This document shows positions 61,412 to 64,000 of a stretch of DNA of 64,000 nt, piece by piece. Location of the stretch: NCBI GenBank assembly GCA_020247305.1, contig JADCJE010000045.1, forward strand, positions 71,251 to 135,250, given 5' to 3'. Numbering within the stretch: position 1 is the first letter of the stretch; each line of letters starts with the position of its first letter. The position numbers and the translations under genes are program-made. The stretch comes from Phycisphaerales bacterium. Its GTDB lineage: Bacteria; Planctomycetota; UBA1135; UBA2386. Below the pieces are notes generated by a model. The model did not search any database. It worked only from the letters and a program-made list of their open reading frames with translations, and was not told where the DNA came from.

Positions 61412-62518
61412 ATGCCCGCCATCCTCGCGCTCTTCGCCGTCTTCGCCCTGGCCGCTGCGCCGCGCGCGCAGGCGATCGAATGGTGGCAGAAGGACCTCGA
61501 CAGCGCGCTCGCGGCCGCGGCCGAGAAGCCGGCCAAGGCGGCGCTGCTGTACTGCTGGAAGGACGGCTACGCCGCGTGCGCCGACATGTTCTCCGGCACG
61601 TTGTCCGACGCGAAGGTCGCGACCGCGCTCGCCGGCCACGTCTGCGTCGCCGCGAAGGACGACGCCGCGGGCAAGCCGACGCTGGCGAAGTACGGCATCA
61701 CCTCGGTGCCGACCGTGCTGCTGCTCGATCCGGCCGGCGCGGTGATCGACGTCGTCACCGGCTACGTGCCGGTCGCCGAGTTCCTCGGCGAGCTCAAGCG
61801 CATCGGCGACGGCAAGGACACGATCGGGGCGCTGCGCAAGCAGGCCGAAGCCGCGCCGACCGACCTCGCGCTGCAGATGCGGCTGGTGCGCAAGCTGCGC
61901 AGCGCCGGCGACGTCAAGGGCTCGGCGGCGGTGATCGCGGCGATCGTCGCCAAGGATCCGAAGTTCGCCAGCGAGCCGGCGGCCGAGGCCAGGCTGCTGG
62001 AGATCTGCGACCAGACCTTCCGCGTCGACGTGCCGCCGCAGGACGTCGACCTCAAGCCGCTGCGCTCGTTCCTCAACGCGCAGAAGAACAAGCGCGTCCT
62101 GTTCCTCGGCCACGACCGCGTCGCCGGCGCCGAGTACCGCCGCCAGAACCTCAAGGCCGCCGCCGATGCCGCCGGGAAGGCGTGGAAGAACGTGCCGCCG
62201 GACCAGGTGCTGGCGTACGGCCAGAACCTCGCCGGCAAGGCTTACGAGAACTGGGAAGCGCTCGACAAGATCGACAAGGGCCTGCTGAAGGAGGCGCTGG
62301 AGATCAGCAAGAAGGCGCTCGACGAGGTCGAGAAGCGCCACAAGGCCTCGCCCGATGGCCCGTACCTCGCCAGTGCGCTGTACCTGCACGCGTCCGTGCA
62401 GATCGTCAACAACCTGCGCAAGGAGGCCTTCGCCGCGATGGATCGCGCGATGGCGCTCAATCCGAAGGACGAGAACCTGAAGAAGGCGAAGGACCGCTGG
62501 CTCGACGGTTCGAAGTGA
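61412..62518 (+). CDS. Secreted thioredoxin-like fold + TPR protein
   Basis: Signal peptide ...AAPRAQA; W...DSALAAA...KAALL, YGITSVPTVLLLDPAG...GY is a thioredoxin-like pattern; C-terminal TPR (AMALNPKDENL). Confidence 0.72.
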   Translation: MPAILALFAVFALAAAPRAQAIEWWQKDLDSALAAAAEKPAKAALLYCWKDGYAACADMFSGTLSDAKVATALAGHVCVAAKDDAAGKPTLAKYGITSVPTVLLLDPAGAVIDVVTGYVPVAEFLGELKRIGDGKDTIGALRKQAEAAPTDLALQMRLVRKLRSAGDVKGSAAVIAAIVAKDPKFASEPAAEARLLEICDQTFRVDVPPQDVDLKPLRSFLNAQKNKRVLFLGHDRVAGAEYRRQNLKAAADAAGKAWKNVPPDQVLAYGQNLAGKAYENWEALDKIDKGLLKEALEISKKALDEVEKRHKASPDGPYLASALYLHASVQIVNNLRKEAFAAMDRAMALNPKDENLKKAKDRWLDGSK

Positions 62519-62529
62519 GCCTCGCGCGC

Positions 62530-62633
62530 TGAGAGCCCGAGAAGAAATCAGGATACGGGCTCGCAGATCGCCCCTGGTGGCCGCTCGCGCGGCCACGCAG
62601 AGCCCGGGAAACCGATTGTCTCTCAGGCTCTGA
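62530..62633. mobile_element. MITE-like element, family B (98 bp, flanking TGA direct repeat)
   Basis: TGA|GAGCCCGAGAAGAAATC ... GATTGTCTCTCAGGCTC|TGA imperfect terminal inverted repeats; internal stems GGGCTC/GAGCCC and GTGGCCGC/GCGGCCAC. Confidence 0.55.
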
Positions 62634-62700
62634 GCGGGCTCCGGCAGATCGTCGCCTGCGCCCCGCAGCAGCGACCGCCACGGTCGGCGAGCCGCCGCCG

Positions 62701-63636
62701 TCAGTTCGCCGCGGCGGCAGCGGGCTCGCGCGCCGGCACGACCAGCACCGGCCGCGGGCAACGCCGCGCTACCGACTCGGCGACGCTGCCGTGGAACGCC
62801 CGCGCCAGTCCGGTTCGGGCATGCGTGCCGAGCACCACGAAGCCGATGTCCGGCGCGCTGGCGCGCGCGAGGATGGCCGCGGCGACGTCGTCGCCGACGA
62901 CGGCCTCGGCTTCGACGCGCAGGTCGCTGCCGAGCGCGGCGGCCAGCGGCCGCAGGGCCTGCAGGCGGTCGTGCACGCGCTGGGTTGCGGGCGACGGCGT
63001 CGGCGCCACCGGTGCGCCGCCGCCGTGGGGCGGCGCTTGCCGGGCGGGGAGCACGGCCAAAAGGACCAGCGGCAGGCCAAGGCGCCGGGCGAGGTCTGCC
63101 GCCGGTTGCAGCGCCGCGGCGTCGGCGCCGTCGTCGGCGGCCGCGAGCACGGCGAGCCCGGCGGCTGGCAGCGGGGTTGCCAGCATGCCGTCGGTCAACA
63201 GCAAGGTCGGCAGGTGCGCGTGCCGCAGCACGTCCTCGGCGACGCTGCCGAGCAGCGCGCGCGCCGCACCCGAGCGGCCGTGCGTCGGTAGGGCCAGGAA
63301 GTCGGCGTGGTGGCGCGCTGCGGCGTCCAGGATCGCCTGCCGGGCCGACGCCGCGACCGCGAGGTCGGTGTGCACCCGCCGGCCGACAACGAGGGTCGCC
63401 GCCACTTCGGCGAGTTGGCTGCGCAGCGTGCCTTCCTCGATCGGCGCCGCCCCGACCACGCCCGGCATGGACTCGCCGACCGCGATGGGCGTCAGCACCG
63501 CGGCGTGGAACAGCGTCGTGCGCGCGCCCAGCAGCTCGGCGAGCCGGGCGCCGTAGGCGACGTGCGGCAGGGAGCGGGGGCTGAGATCGGTCGCCAGCAG
63601 GCACTGCAGCGGCCGCCGTTCGGGGGATTGCGCCAT
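62701..63636 (-). CDS. Universal stress protein (tandem USP domains)
   Basis: LATDLS, PTHGRSG...LLGSVAEDVLR, GTHARTG...GSVAESVAR. Confidence 0.9.
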   Translation of the reverse strand: MAQSPERRPLQCLLATDLSPRSLPHVAYGARLAELLGARTTLFHAAVLTPIAVGESMPGVVGAAPIEEGTLRSQLAEVAATLVVGRRVHTDLAVAASARQAILDAAARHHADFLALPTHGRSGAARALLGSVAEDVLRHAHLPTLLLTDGMLATPLPAAGLAVLAAADDGADAAALQPAADLARRLGLPLVLLAVLPARQAPPHGGGAPVAPTPSPATQRVHDRLQALRPLAAALGSDLRVEAEAVVGDDVAAAILARASAPDIGFVVLGTHARTGLARAFHGSVAESVARRCPRPVLVVPAREPAAAAAN

Positions 63637-63880
63637 GGCCCAAGGTTGGCCCGGCGCGGCGGGTGTGCCCATGGGGTGAAGGGGGGCGGACGGCGGCGAA
63701 TTGGGGCGGGGGTGGCTGCCGTCGCGGCCGGTGCCCGGGTCGCCGGCTGCGGTCAGAGGACGGCGGTGGGCGCAGTGGTTGTGCGGCTTCGGTTGCAGAG
63801 AAACCACAGAGACCACCGAGCGCACCGAGCCGAACCAGGCACGCAGCACCACGCCCTGCCCGCGCCCGCCTCCCTCCCGC

Positions 63881-64000
63881 CTACTTGCCGCCGGCGCGCT
63901 TCTGCTGCTCCGCCACCGCCGCGGCGATGAAGTCGCGGAACAGCGGATGCGGCTGCAGCGGCCGCGTCTTGAACTCGGGGTGGTACTGCACGCCGACGAA
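63881..64000 (-). CDS. pyrG: CTP synthase, 3' end (truncated by the window)
   Basis: Manual translation [29 protein letters not shown]...K-stop. Confidence 0.9.
   Translation of the reverse strand, partial: FVGVQYHPEFKTRPLQPHPLFRDFIAAAVAEQQKRAGGK

Overview
Very GC-rich (by eye above 70%), gene-dense bacterial chromosome segment. It is probably from a planctomycete (inferred from an ECF sigma/Ser-Thr kinase pair, FG-GAP repeat proteins, a bacterial Tsr3/DTW-like protein and secreted proteins sharing a C-terminal domain). Most genes are housekeeping or envelope genes: fabD-lpxK-lipid A acyltransferase, tRNA-Arg(TCT), two GT9 heptosyltransferases, two Kdo/WaaP-type kinases, gcvT-gcvH-lipoate ligase, metG, acyl-CoA dehydrogenase, arfB, gdh, rnpB, ruvX, manC, an fds-type formate dehydrogenase operon, ftsH-cdaA-cdaR-like-glmM-tsaB and the 3' end of pyrG. 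I saw no CRISPR array, prophage or transposase. Most notable: (1) a 67-aa bacterial histone-fold gene with a Lys-rich N-terminal tail (46384-46587); (2) a five-gene MglA/MglB locus (22391-28635) with a DUF4388-TPR-TM-beta-propeller protein, three roadblock domains and an MglA GTPase carrying a C-terminal membrane anchor; (3) a 59-aa minimal PEP-CTERM protein missing from the ORF track (40079-40258); (4) a C-terminal domain shared by two unrelated secreted proteins; (5) FdsA split into two genes, the second with its own Shine-Dalgarno site; (6) two families of MITE-like elements, one flanked by CTAG that often doubles as a stop codon. All family assignments come from motif recognition by eye; no database searches were run.
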